The notes beneath the pieces were generated by a model, which saw only the letters and a program-made list of their open reading frames with translations, had not been told where the DNA came from and did no database searches. This document shows, piece by piece, positions 48,361 through 60,330 of a stretch of 64,000 nucleotides of DNA. Origin of the DNA: Lama glama (lineage: Eukaryota); assembly GCA_028534125.1 (NCBI GenBank), contig CM052818.1, positions 4,652,001 to 4,716,000 on the forward strand, given 5' to 3'. Every line of letters starts with the position of its first letter. Position 1 is the stretch's first letter. A program made the translations under genes and the position numbers.

Positions 48361-49881
48361 CCAGGCAGTGTAATTCCTCACTGATACATGTGCTTTTTCC
48401 CCCAATGAGTAGCGCCCTTGTTTCTTTGCAGCTAGCTCCTGGAAACACTGTCTGTTGGTCCGTGCTGATTCACAAGCCTCTACAAGAGCGAAGTTGGACT
48501 CAGCTTCTGCTAATGAGCAGAGGAATTGCTTGTGAACACAATGCTGGGATTATAAGGTGCTGGCAGCCATACCAGAATAATAAGGTCAGATGGAAAATCA
48601 TACCAGTAAATATCTCTAGCGAATATCCTGTCCCAATCCAGTGCCCTCCAAATGCCATAGCCCGGATCCACAGTTCGTGTGGTGGGATTGCAGCCTCTTT
48701 TCCCCAGAGCCATCATTTCTGTCTATGGGAGAATGATGAGGGTCCTGGGTACCACTCCAAGTTTTTCTCTGTGTAGCTATTCAGCAGGAGCCCACATGTG
48801 TTCTGACTTGTAACTGAAACCCGTGTTTGCGTGTGTTTCTTTTCCCTGGCAATTTCATCTGAAATCTTCAAGGCTTAAATGTTCTGTGCTAAATCTTATC
48901 CACCTTCGTCTGAGGGACACTGCACGGGAGGAGGCTCGGAGGGCCTGTGGACACTTCCTCAGCTTACTGCATCTCTGTGTTATAAGCACGTCACTTGGCC
49001 ATTTGCTGTGGACCCTGCAGTGCTGTACCCACCTTGATACAGTTTTAAGGCAACATTTCAGGGAAAGATTTCCCATGATCCTTAAATTCCTGTCTCATCA
49101 CAGAGGGAGTTAATCTCTCAGTGTTATCTTGGCACATTCCTGAGGTTAAAAAAACCCAGGGCAAATCTAAGACGGCAGACCTGGTAAAGCAAAATATTCT
49201 CTGCTGGACTTCCTTTTACGGGTGGGTTTGGTGACCGTGGGCCAGATCTGAGTGTGTTTATCAAAGACAGCTGATGGTACTACTGAAATCTAATTTAGAA
49301 ATGAAGGTGACAGTGTTGCCCACTGAAAGTGAATTTTGAATAGTTTGTATAAACATTACGGTGGCTTTGCTGGTCCAGTTCTATTTAGGGTCCCAGATTT
49401 CTCACAAATCCCAAATATTGCTTACACAGAGGACTGATTAGGTGGGTGAAGTCACCAGTGATAGGAGGGGATTAAGCAAATATTTGCTGTCTGATGATTT
49501 GAAAACATTTTTGCAAAACTGTTGTGGTAGGAAGAATTTCTTTCTCTTGTAATAATTTGTAGTCAAAAACACAAAGAGGGAAGAAAGAGAAGGAAGGAGT
49601 TTGTGGAGAGAAAATACGTCCTGACTTTTGAAAACCTTTTCTCAATGTGTATGAACTTAACTCAACCTGAAGATCTGACTCATTTTGCTGAGCCTTTAAA
49701 TACAATACACTGAAAACTACAGGGCAGCCTTTTCAACTTTACCTTCTTTTTAGGAAATTCAGGTCTATGGATTGCATAAATGTACTCAAGAAAAAATCAG
49801 CTCACCTGGTACAAATCACTCATGTTCTATATAGAGCCAAAATTTATTATTATTGTTTTATAAGTCTGAAGTAATTCTAAA

Positions 49882-50322
49882 CATACCACTATCTGATAGA
49901 AACATAATGTGATGTGTGGGATGCATATGTCATTTAAAATTTTCTAGTAGCCACATTAAAAAATATTAAAGGAAATAGGTGAAAGTAACTTTGGTAGATT
50001 TTTAAAAAAGTACTTTCAGGGGGGATAATTAGGTAAATACATTTATTAATTATGACTATTTTAACGGAAGTACTGGGGATTGAACCCAGCACCCTGCGCA
50101 TGCTAAACATGTGCTCTACCACTGAGCTATCCTCTGCACTCAGCTTTACTAGGTCTTATTTAACTCCATACACCTCGAATATTATCATTCCAGCATGTGA
50201 TCAGTGTAAGAAAATTTCAAGGTATTTTACATTCTTTTATAGCCTGCCTGAGTTTGGGTCAGTCACATTTTAGGTGGGCAGTAGCCACAAGTGGCTTAGG
50301 GCCACCGTATTGGACAGAAGGA
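49882..50322. mobile_element. MER33-like hAT-Charlie element interrupted by a SINE
   Basis: 'aaaattttctagtagccacattaaaaaa...ggtgaaa' on the left; 'cacattttaggtgggcagtagccacaagtggct...gccaccgtattggacag' on the right. Confidence 0.8.
49999..50141 (-). mobile_element. Camelid tRNA-Ala-derived SINE (vic-1-like), long form
   Basis: 'gggggataattagg...gtactggggattgaacccagcaccctgcgcatgctaaacatgtgctctaccactgagctat'. Confidence 0.9.
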
Positions 50323-51929
50323 GTCTGGAGGAGAGCGCTTGTGTGGGATTTACACACTTCCCCTTCCAGCTAAACCAACCAGTGCCTAAAGGACCGAGTT
50401 TTTGACTGTGATCTTTTCACCCTCACACATTCATATTTCTGCGCAGAGTGCTAACATCTCATAAGACATTCCGGGAGTGGAGCTGGTCGACTGAAAAGAA
50501 AGAGTCCCCCAGAGCTGCTGGAGAGCCAGACTCTTTGAACAGAAGGGGAAATATCTCTCTAGATGAGGCAGGACACGGTTTCCGTGTCTTCTGGAACGAA
50601 GTTTTAACTCCCTTCCCAGCAGGAAGGCTCAAGGCATGCATTTTTCCTGCCTGTAGGGGGAGCTCTTGTCCCTTCACTCTTTATAAATTCCAAATCCAGT
50701 TTCTCAGACGCCGGCCGCTCGGAGTTCTTTCACCTGGGTCTGCGGAGAGTTTGTTTTTGGCTCCAGACCAGCAGCGCTTTCGCAATCTCCACACGTTACG
50801 GCTGCTGAAATGCGAGGACACCAGCCGGGTGGCGGCTTGAGTCTTGTGATTCCCAGGCAGTCCGGCGAAATGATAAACAAAAGTCTTTTGTGCAATATTA
50901 ATACGCTTTAAGCACTCCCCAGCCAAGCCCCTTGTCATCCAGGCAAGTCATGTGTATCAAAAGCCCTTATATGTGAAAGTTTGTTTTCATATCTGGCCGG
51001 CGTTGAATGGGAACCCCCTTTGCCATGTTGTAAAACAAACATTTGTTTATTTTGTGAACAGCCCTGGCAGTATGATACAGGAACCGGGGCTGAATGCAGG
51101 GACCCCTTTCCAAGGAGGCGCCTTTGAAAACCTTTCTGCTGCTCCATTCCAACTGTCAACTGATCTTGAGTTCTGTTTACATTAAGACAATAACAGTGTT
51201 TCCTAAATAAATAAGTCAGGGGCACCCGTGTGCCTTAATGAAACCCCATAAATGGGCTGGGGGCTGGGGGGTGGGGGAAAGGACGTTTTGTGCTGGGCAG
51301 AAACAATGGCTACTTCATCTTACCCTGCATCCGAGGCCTGTGTTTTTAAGACAGAAGGGGGCCTTTGTGTTAATTGCACTGATAAAACTCTCCTGATAGA
51401 GCCGCCCCTGGAACGCTGGGACAAAAGATGTGACATTTCGCCCCGTGTGAATGCCACGGTGCCAAACAGGCCTTTTCTAAAGCAGAGAAGTGTTGGTCAG
51501 TCCCCCACCCCCACAGCAGACCGGCTAACCTCTCCTGGTGTGCAGAGAAAATAAATAAAAACTGTAAGACTAAACCATCTGCCGCTGGGATGTCTGGCTT
51601 TTTTCTTGGTTGGCTTGGAGCTTCCAGAAGTCCATTTTGGTTTCTGACCCGTCCACGTGGTCTTCAGGCACGACAGAAGAGAGGCCGGCACTCACCCTGG
51701 AGGAGGATGTGCTGATGGGGAGTTGGGGTGTTAGCTGGTTTTCCAGGGAAGTGGGAATTTCAGCTTGTTACTGGAAATTACATTTCTGAGCAAAAGGCAC
51801 ATCCTAGGTGAGGACTGGAGGCTGAAGATGAGGAATCAGCAGGGCTCACTGTGCAGAAATTAAAAATGGCATCATACGAAGTCTCTAAAACAGAGATTCT
51901 CCTGAAGTTTTGTCAATTATAAGCATTCC

Positions 51930-52310
51930 CTGCTTGTGTTGTTTCATAGAAACGTATTTCAGTATGTGTTTAATTGTAACATTCATGTAACCTGGTAATT
52001 TGCTTTTTGGGGGTCAACATCTTTCATGTGAATTTTCTCCAAGTTACCACCTAATCTTTATAATTATCATTTTCTGTAGATATGCAGTCTTCTAAGTATA
52101 TTACATTTACATATCTCTTTCCTTATTCTTGGGGATTTAGAATGCTCATGATTTTTCACTGTTATAAATATTACAATGAATATCTTTATACCATCAATTC
52201 TTTCTTTTTTTGGGGGGGGGATATTAATTGGGATAAATCCCCAGGCTGTGAATACTTAAGGCTTTTAAACACATAATATTATATTGTTTCTCAGAAGGAT
52301 TTTTCAAATA
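51930..52310 (-). mobile_element. Ancient L1M fragment
   Basis: T-rich tract: 'atttttcactgttataaatattacaatgaatatcttt...ggataaatcccca'. Confidence 0.55.
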
Positions 52311-52477
52311 AGGCAATTTGTTTTTCAGGCTGTAACAGCTACCTCCTTTTCATAGCGTATTTTTCTTTACTTTTGCATCCCTCTTGCTCCTGTCATTTTC
52401 CCAGGACAACCCTCCACCATCATGGGCTCTCTCAAATCTCTCATATAAATGTCTATTCCACCTGCTTATAAGGCTGA

Positions 52478-52980
52478 TCGTACTGCTCGCCACATGACAG
52501 GCCAAGAAATCGGAAGATGAGGTGTTGGGGCAAAGAATAATGATTTTATTCAGAAAGCCAGCAGACCGAGAAGTTGGCAGACAAATGTCCTGGAGAACCA
52601 TCTTCCCCAGGTCAGCATTCAGGCTCCTTTTGTACTAAAAAGGGGAAGGGGTGTGGTTGGTTGGTGCAAACTTCTTGGTGTCGGAATCCTTTGTTCTTGC
52701 AGCTGTCTGTGTAGGTCAGGTCACGATGTTCCTGTAAACTTCCAACAAGAGAAATGTTATTTTCTGTTCTGCAACTCTTTGTCTCTAAATGAATGGAAAT
52801 GTGTTATACCCTTTAAGGTCAGAGCCTTGAGAACAGGCTCTCCTGTCTGTTTCAGGCTACAGGCAACATTCTTTTACAAAAGGTGCAGAACCAGGGTGAC
52901 TAAGCACAGGGAACAGAGCACAGGGTTAGAGCTGGAGGAACAGATGTAACATGGAATGGGATTTGTTCTTCCCTGTTACA
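52478..52980 (-). mobile_element. Cetartiodactyl-type ERV1 LTR (relatively young; one end appears truncated)
   Basis: The minus strand starts TGTAACAGGGAAGAACAAATC. Plus-strand 'cgtactgctcgccacatgacaggccaagaaatcg...ttttattcagaaagccagcagaccgagaag' includes the reverse-complement polyA signal (tttatt). Confidence 0.75.
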
Positions 52981-53189
52981 CTCAGAGCCTCTTAGATGAG
53001 TACATCAAATGCAACCTGTCTTCATCACTACACAGCAGAATGTTTCAACCTGTAATACATAAATTCCTAATTGCTCTGGTCTAGACATGTGTAAGATATA
53101 CTTAGTTTTAGAGTAATTTGTAATTTATGTACATTTCTTCACCCTCCAATAGCTTGAAGGTGTTAATGGGGTAGATAGCTTTTGAGAAG

Positions 53190-53675
53190 TCTGCCAAATC
53201 CAACAGTCAGAGCTCCTCAATCTGTGAGTTATTGCCATGCTGGACGACGTGACTGCCTCCTCTGTCCCGCCAACCTCATGCCTGATGGGACCAAGTATGG
53301 ATGCTTAAATAGACCAAGCCACATGCTACCATGGGACAGAGAAGTGAATATGGGTGGGAGTGGAGGGGAGAGAGAGAGGATGAGAAAGAGAGAGAGAGAG
53401 AGAAAATACACAGAAAAAACAAAACAAAACAAAACAACCAGAGTTGGAAGGTGGACAAAAATTGTTTCCTGGGTTCCTAATGATTTTATGGTTCATGATT
53501 CCAGTCTTTTCTCAGGTCTGGCTCCAAATTCTTGGCTTTGCGATTGGAAAGGACTCCCCCCACCCCATTCAGAATTGTGATAAGAAACCTCTCTCCCCCT
53601 TTCTTTCTCTCTTTCCTCCTCTCCCTCCTCTTTTTATTTTTATTTCTTGTATATGCTAGCTTGGTTACTAACACA
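53190..53675 (+). mobile_element. Probable ancient ERVL-type LTR (LTR33-like) with an internal GA-rich tract
   Basis: 'ggttcatgattccagtc', a pyrimidine tract, and the ending '...ggttactaaca'. Family uncertain. Confidence 0.4.
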
Positions 53676-54708
53676 CTCTGTAACGAATAGAACTGGAAAT
53701 AGAAATCCCTTGGTGATGTGCAGATCCCTGTAGCTTAATAACAAAATAATGAAGCTGGACAGTGACAAAAGGTTTAGCTATTCTCTTTGACTTTGACTGA
53801 CATGTGGGGCTGTTAGGGTGAAACGTGGCCTAATTCCATTTATGATTCAGAAGCAATGGGATACTTCGAGAAAAAACATTTTTTCCCCTTTAAATTATTG
53901 ACACTGTAAAAACTAGCTTATCAAAGCTGTTCAGAATGCTGGAGAGTTTGGATGATCTTATACAATGAGTTTGATTCAAGGCTTTGGGTGATCATATACA
54001 GACTGATACAAAGGGCAGAATGGCTATAAGTAATTCCTCCTGCAACCCTAGATGAATAAATACGGTTAACTCTGGAGGCAGAGAGTGAAATTTTCAGGGG
54101 AAAAAAAAAGGCTATTTAGTCTTCTTTACATAATTAAAACAAAAAGCCCCAGAAACTCTCAAAGACCTCCTCCTCATTTTTGTCTTGTGATCTCTTCCTC
54201 TCTTAAGACAGAATGAGCGCTGAAGAGGTGATACAGGGTAGAATCTTATTATGAAAACTGACACTCTCCAAAGGATGTTTAGAAAACCAGGCTGGATATC
54301 TTGGGCTGTTACCGATCACACATTTTTCCTTTCTTGCTTTCTATCTGTCTATTCATCCATCTATCACCTACTTATCTACTTACCTACCTATCTATTTGTA
54401 AATCATGGAATGAAAAGGGGAGCATTGGGAGGTAAGAGGGAGATATCGTCCTTACAACCAGAGGAAGGCTTTTATACTGAGAAACAAAGGGCACAATTCG
54501 TGCTAATTGGGATAAATTGTAAATGGCACCCTCTCTTGACCTGTTGGGTGATGCTGTTGTACCAAAGGCTCGAAGTGACCCTGAAAAAAACATCCTTTCT
54601 CCTGGTCTGAAATGTCTTTCCCTTTAGAGCTCTGGAAATTCTGGAAACCTGGAGAGGCATTGACATTTCAGAAACTCCAGACAAATCTACCCCTGCCAAT
54701 GGAGTGAT

Positions 54709-54743
54709 TGTGTGTGTGTGTATGTGTGTGTGTGTGTGTGTGT
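54709..54743. repeat. (TG)n microsatellite
   Basis: Direct reading of the sequence. Confidence 0.95.
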
Positions 54744-55793
54744 TTAAATTACAAACGATTGACTAGCCTTTTATGACTGTGATTGTACAATAAGGAGCAA
54801 CGGGCAAAGCTATCAAATCATTTTAAATTGGCCTCTCAGTGTTTTCCTGTTTGCTGACTGGATGGAGTTTATCAGGGGATTGACATATTTCCTAGCATAT
54901 GTGACCTCGGGCAGTCACTCTCCATTTTTTTTTCCTGCCAGTTCATTCATTTAATTAAAGTGTGCCGAGTGCCCAGAAAATGCCTGGAACTGTGCTGGAC
55001 GTGATGATCGCTACTCTGAGCGGATCTGCCGCTGCTCCAGGGACCCTCTGCTCTGACGACAAGGCAGCTCGCCCAGCCAGTGCGAGCCAGAGAGCCAGTC
55101 GGCCAGCAGACAAGTGCGCAGCGCCCAGCCTCAAACAATGTGCAGTCTGCTCCGTGGGACGAGGGGTGGCTCTTTGTTCCCTAAGCAGTGTGACCCCTGT
55201 GGGAGGGGGAGAAGGTGAACAAGGACTGGCCGCAGGCAGAGCACGTCTGGCTGGAGTGGTGATCCTGGTCATCACTAAAAAGGGGTTTGACTCTGTTTTA
55301 AAAGACAGGCAGGGCTGGAGGAGCGGGCAAGTGGGTGCCTGAGGGAAGAGGGTGGGGAGACCCAGTGTAACTGCACCGAGGGGACCTGGCTGGAGAGTGA
55401 GAGGTTGAAGACATGAGGGGGTGACTTCGAACAGAGACTGAAGGGCCTTGAATACACCGAGGAGCCTTGATCCTAAATGCAACGATGCCAACTTTGAACT
55501 AGTTCACAGACTTCATTAGGCCCTTTTCCACCCCATCCCTCTGGGTTCTAAACTTGGGCATTATTTTTTCTCTTCTCTTTTTTCAGATAAAGATCTCCCT
55601 GGATCCCCATCAGACTCCCAATTGTGTAGCCCCCCGAATAATGAGCTCGAGCTGTGGGCTGAAAGCCCAGTTAAGAAACGGCCCCGGGGCTTGGTGTCAA
55701 GTGGTGAGTCTCTGGTTGTTAGCCTGTGGTCTCAAGCTGGTTTCCCAGAAAAGCTCCCTCACAGAGAAGGCCTTGCAGGATGCATGTATATGC

Positions 55794-55796
<3 letters not shown>

Positions 55797-55845
<49 letters not shown>

Positions 55846-55854
55846 TGTGTGTGT
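55797..55854. repeat. (TG)n microsatellite
   Basis: Direct reading; about 58 bp with one TA interruption. Confidence 0.95.
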
Positions 55855-57159
55855 ATGGGATGGAAGCAGATTTCTAAGGCTGGTGGCAAGTTTGCCAAGG
55901 GGATTTATGCCGTCTTCTTTGGAGCCCGGGATGAAATTCAATGACAGCTCTTTTCCAATCAATCTGGGAAGAGTTTTCTGGGAGCACACATATGTATACA
56001 CATATAAAGATACACGTGCACCCAATATGTCCACAAAAATAGATCTAGATTGTTTTGATCTTTATGAATGTATTTATTTGGGGTTTTAAGATACATTCTT
56101 CATTATCTTTCAGTGTATATATCTGTTAAGAATTTTTTTTCCTTGAACAATAGGGTTGAGTCCACAGAATTCTCTTTCCCTTGGATTGTTTCTGTCTTCA
56201 CCTAATATATTTTTGACCTAGATAGCACTGGTCTTGTCCTCTTCAGGGCTGCATGCTGTATTGTGAAACAGAGATGGACTGGGGAGAGGATGGAGTGAAC
56301 AAATCACACCCATCTGGGTAAAATATTGTCTTCCTAATTTTGTCCTGTTGTTGGCAAAAAAAGTCATGAGTGGAGCCCCCCCACCCCAACTCCAAGGCGT
56401 AGTTTCCAAACCCAGCAGCTCCTGAGAGATGACTCACAGCTGTCAATGTACCAGTTCAAGCAGCAAGTTCAAGATTTTACCTTTTGTCTCCAGACCCCAG
56501 GTCTCTGCTGATCCTACCGGAAGTACCTACCAGAGGCGTGTGCAGGCTGTCTCAAGCTGTGACACTTGGGGCTGGGCGGGGGAGCCTCGTGGAGACCGGA
56601 GTCAGACTGCAGAGGGCAGTGTGAGACCACGGCGCAGGGAGCGGAGGGGATGGCCAGCCCGGTTCCTAACAGAGGCCACTTGTGGTGTCTCCAGATCAGT
56701 CATGTTAGACGGGGAAGCTAGTTAACTGGATTTACAGCAAATGTGGGCTGGTTAGCTTCACTCCGAAGAAAGTCGCTCTCTCAGATTTTTCCCTCTTCCC
56801 CAGTTCAAGACGTCAAGTGTTACGCCTGGCTGAGTGGCGAACTGGTTGGTACCCTGTGAGTGTCTCGTGTAAATCCCCATGACGATGACCGAGAGGCTAT
56901 TTAGGGCCTTACGACGCACTGAAATTTAACTGCACTGGGTGCTAAGGCAGCTCTGCGCGCGGAGAGACACTTCTGTAACAATCGTAATAACCCCGGCACC
57001 TTCTAAATCTTTTCCGGAGCAGGAGGAGCCGCAGTGAGTTTGCTGCAGCCGTGTTTTACTCTCTGGCTGGTTCTGGGCGCTCAGGTTCTCCGGGGTGGGC
57101 TTCCAGGAGCAGAGGAGGTTGGCGGGTGGGACAGAGTGGCTGGGCTGGAGGTGAAGTGT

Positions 57160-57690
57160 ATCCTTTAGAGGCAGACAGACGTGGGTTCAAACCTGGCTCT
57201 CCAATTTCCTCTCCTGTAAAGTTGGGATAATCATGTCAGCAATTTTCGAGAATTGCCGTCTTGTGAGACAATGAACGTGAAATGTACAGTAACCATATAG
57301 CAACCATAGTAAAGAATTTCCAGAACATGCTAGTCTTACTGGCATTCAAATCACAAATGTTGACTGAGCACCTTCTAGGGGATTTGACAGTGAGCAGGTC
57401 AACATGATCCCTGCCCTCAGGGTCTAGTGAGAAGGACAGACGTTGAGCCCTTGTTGGGTCCAGGCAGTACTTGGGGGTGGGGGAAGGGAGGTGGAGCAAC
57501 GTGATAAAGAGCATGCGCTCTGGTGCCTGAGCGCCTGGGTTTGGATCCAGCTCTGTTCTAGCTGTGTGGCCCTTAGAAAGGCTCAGACCCCACTAGTGCT
57601 GACCTCGGGGGGCCTTTCAAGGATTTAATGAGTTAATATTTCTAAAGTATTAGAATGATGTCTGGCGTGTATTATGTGTCAACAACCTGT
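57160..57690. mobile_element. Cluster of MIR (+, 57160-57300 and 57480-57690) and L2 3' end (-, 57350-57440) fragments
   Basis: 'cagacagacgtgggttcaaacctggctct', 'tccctgccctcagggtctagtg' and 'cctgggtttggatccagctctgttctagctgtgtggcctt...ttaatgagttaata'. Confidence 0.7.
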
Positions 57691-57974
57691 AACTGTTGAT
57701 TGATTGATAAAAAGGAGAAGATCAGATGCTGTGAAACTGTATTATAGAAAGAAGCAAGTGAAGTTCCACAAAGGGGGAGAATGAGTCCAAAATGAACTGT
57801 GGGGAGGGGAGAATGATAGGTAGGTTTTCATGTGTTTTTATGGAATAATCCCTCAGGTAGAGGACTAAGGATAAAAAGCAATGGGACAAAAACAAAAGAA
57901 AACAAACAAACAAAAAAAGGCATTGGGACAGACTAGTATGTGTAGCATGCCTCCCATTTATGTAAAAAAAATCT

Positions 57975-58037
57975 GTCTATCCATCCATCCATCCATCCAT
58001 CCTCTATCCATCCATCCATCCATCCATCCATCCATCT
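57975..58037. repeat. (CATC)n tetranucleotide microsatellite (L2-tail derived)
   Basis: Direct reading of the sequence. Confidence 0.9.
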
Positions 58038-58639
58038 ACTCACAGACTATTTTAAGCACGATGCACTAAGAAATTGCTAATAGGACTGTCTTGGGGGTTG
58101 GTCTGAGAAACTAATGGGAAGAAGACTTATTTTTGGACAGCTTGAAATTTATGAGCATTTATTACTTCTTAGGTTAAAAAAAGAAACGAACTAGAAAAAA
58201 TGACCAAGATGTATGTCTCTATGTATCTTTTTAGACTAAAAGACAAGCACTGAAACTCGGGCTGGGCTCTGGTCTCAGGTATGGGAGCCACGGCCCCAGG
58301 ACGCTCTGGGCGGGGAGAAACAGCCCTCTTCTGTGTAGGAATCTTAGCTCCAATCATCACTTCATAGATTATTCCTACGACACAGCTTTTCCTCGGCTCC
58401 TCACATGTTTCTCGGGCCACCCTCTGACCTCCCAGATTCTTTCTTCTTAGCGTGCTGTTCCACGCCACTCACATTCATCTGGTTTTTCTGTCTCTGTTCC
58501 TTTTTGGATGAAAACAGAAAGAGATCGGACACAAGAAGACACCACTGGAACTCAAAGGACTTTAGGCAGGAAACAGGCTAAGAGGACCACTCAGGTTCAA
58601 ACACAGGCTTTTGCTTATGGAAAAAAAGATGACCCAGAA

Positions 58640-59060
58640 GGAATAATTCAGAGCCCACAGTGGAACCAAGGCTTGTGAAGAAATATGCCCCAGGATGGGT
58701 CCCAGTCAAGAAACTGGTGACTTGGGCTGGGCGGGATTTCAGAACCACTGTGGACCAGTGGCTGCTATGTGCCTTGCATTCCTGTGCTTTTGAACAGGAG
58801 CATCTATCTGGCTACCCTCGCCAGGTTCCACTGTTGCTTGGGGGGATGTAGTATGCTGGGCATGTTAGAGGCGCAGAATTTGTCTCTGGCTCACAGGGCT
58901 TCAAAAGCAGCAGGACCTGTACCTGACAATGATACCTGAGACGCCTCAGCCACACCCGCGTCTGGTCCAGTTGACCAGAGCTGGACCTGAGTCTAAGTCT
59001 GACATTGTAATAGAGTGAGCCTGGCCCTTGCATGTCACAGGAATATAGAAAATGACTGAA
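58640..59060 (+). mobile_element. MaLR internal sequence (MLT1-int 3' part)
   Basis: 'ggatttcagaaccactgtggaccagtggctgctatgtgcct...ttgaacaggag...gcagaatttgtctct..cacagg...ctggacctga...ttgcatgt' matches the 3' internal region of MLT1. Confidence 0.65.
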
Positions 59061-59108
59061 AATTCTTTGACACTGTTCTCATTGCGGAATGGGTCTCTGT
59101 CTCTTTCT

Positions 59109-59308
59109 CAGTGGCTCACGCCAGCTCGGGAGAACCAACTGTGCACCTCTGGGCCCAGCAACTTGTTCAGTGGCGTCCTGTTGGTGGCTTGAAATCAGCC
59201 ATGATGGAAGTTTTTATACCGCAGGGATTGGCAAATGCTAACATCCAGGACTTTTTTTTTTCCTTTTCTTTTCTGGAGAGCTGGTTGTTAAACACTAGCA
59301 CATCACTG
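59109..59308 (+). mobile_element. MER63A-like hAT MITE
   Basis: 'ttcagtggcgtcctgttggtggcttgaaatcagccatgatgg...ttggcaaatgcta...ggagagctggttgttaaacactagcacatcactg'. Confidence 0.85.
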
Positions 59309-59529
59309 CTTGTACTGAAAATTTTCCAAGATGCTGGTAGGGGCAGGGCTGAGTAATTCACCCCTCTTCTGACCCACACTCACTACCCATTCTTGTTTTG
59401 ACAGGTTTGGAAGGAGAAGTAGTAAGCATTACCTAAATGGGTTAAGTCATTCACCGGGGAGAGGTGACAATTCTCTAAATGACACATCTACAGCTATTGC
59501 TTTATGTGATGGGTTAACTCAGCAGATCT

Positions 59530-60330
59530 CAGGGCCTAGGGACCCTTGGGGGTTCCTAAGATCAAATCAATTACTTTCATAATAACACTGAAATATTATC
59601 TCCCTTTCCCACTCTTAGTTTCTTATGAACGTGTAGTGGAGTTTTCTGTTGTACATTTGGAATATCTGCATAACTCAATTAGCCAATATTTTCCAAACGA
59701 TCAAGGCATGATGTTATAAAATTGTGCATGGGGAAAAGTTCCATTCAAAATACAGGATACACTAATGGACTTTAATATAACAGAATTGGAAAAGTTTATT
59801 TATGTGGTTCCAGATTCCTCTTAGCACTTGTTGAGTTTTAGTGTAATATTAAATCAGCACTGTTGACTTCTGATGTCATGTCAAAGAAGAGCATTTATTA
59901 TTATCTGAAAAGACTATTATAATACAGACTCCTTTCTCTCTCCTCACACGTTTCCATGTGAGGTCACATTTTCTTCCTATACTTTAAGCAAAGCAAAAGA
60001 TCTCAACAGACTGAATGCAGAAGCAGATGGGGGAATCCAGCTACCTTCTACAACGCTAGACAAAAAGATTTTAAAAAAAAAGTCTAAATAGCACCACTCT
60101 TCTCACTAATTTATTTTTTGGGGTAAATATGGTTGTTTTGTGTAAAAATGCTATTTATGCTTATACATAATGGGTTTATTGTAATTTTCAAACCAGTTAA
60201 TAAGTATTTAAAATATTTACTTTAAATTGCTAACATGATAAAGATATCGCCCATAGAAATAGAAGCTATTTGGGGACGTCAGTTGTTGTTACCAGTGTAA
60301 AATGGTACTGGGACTGAGGCGTGGGGACCC
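59530..60330 (+). mobile_element. Charlie1a/b-like hAT deletion derivative with a decayed transposase C-terminus
   Basis: 'caatattttccaaacgatcaaggcatgatgttataaaa', 'ccattcaaa', and 'aacagactgaatgcagaagcagat..g.gaatccagct' (NRLNAEAD..IQL, hAT dimerisation region). Confidence 0.8.

Noticed and set aside
54955..55491. 178-aa and 126-aa overlapping ORFs in a GC-rich stretch
   Set aside because: Stop-codon scarcity from high GC, open on both strands, with no protein family signature.
59375..59427. Micro-exon after 'ttcttgttttgacAG'
   Set aside because: The acceptor is plausible, but the donor GTA|GTAAGC is weak and there is no other support.
59640..60070. Domesticated hAT transposase gene
   Set aside because: Only a decayed C-terminal remnant of Charlie1; no ORF of 60 aa or more in the track.
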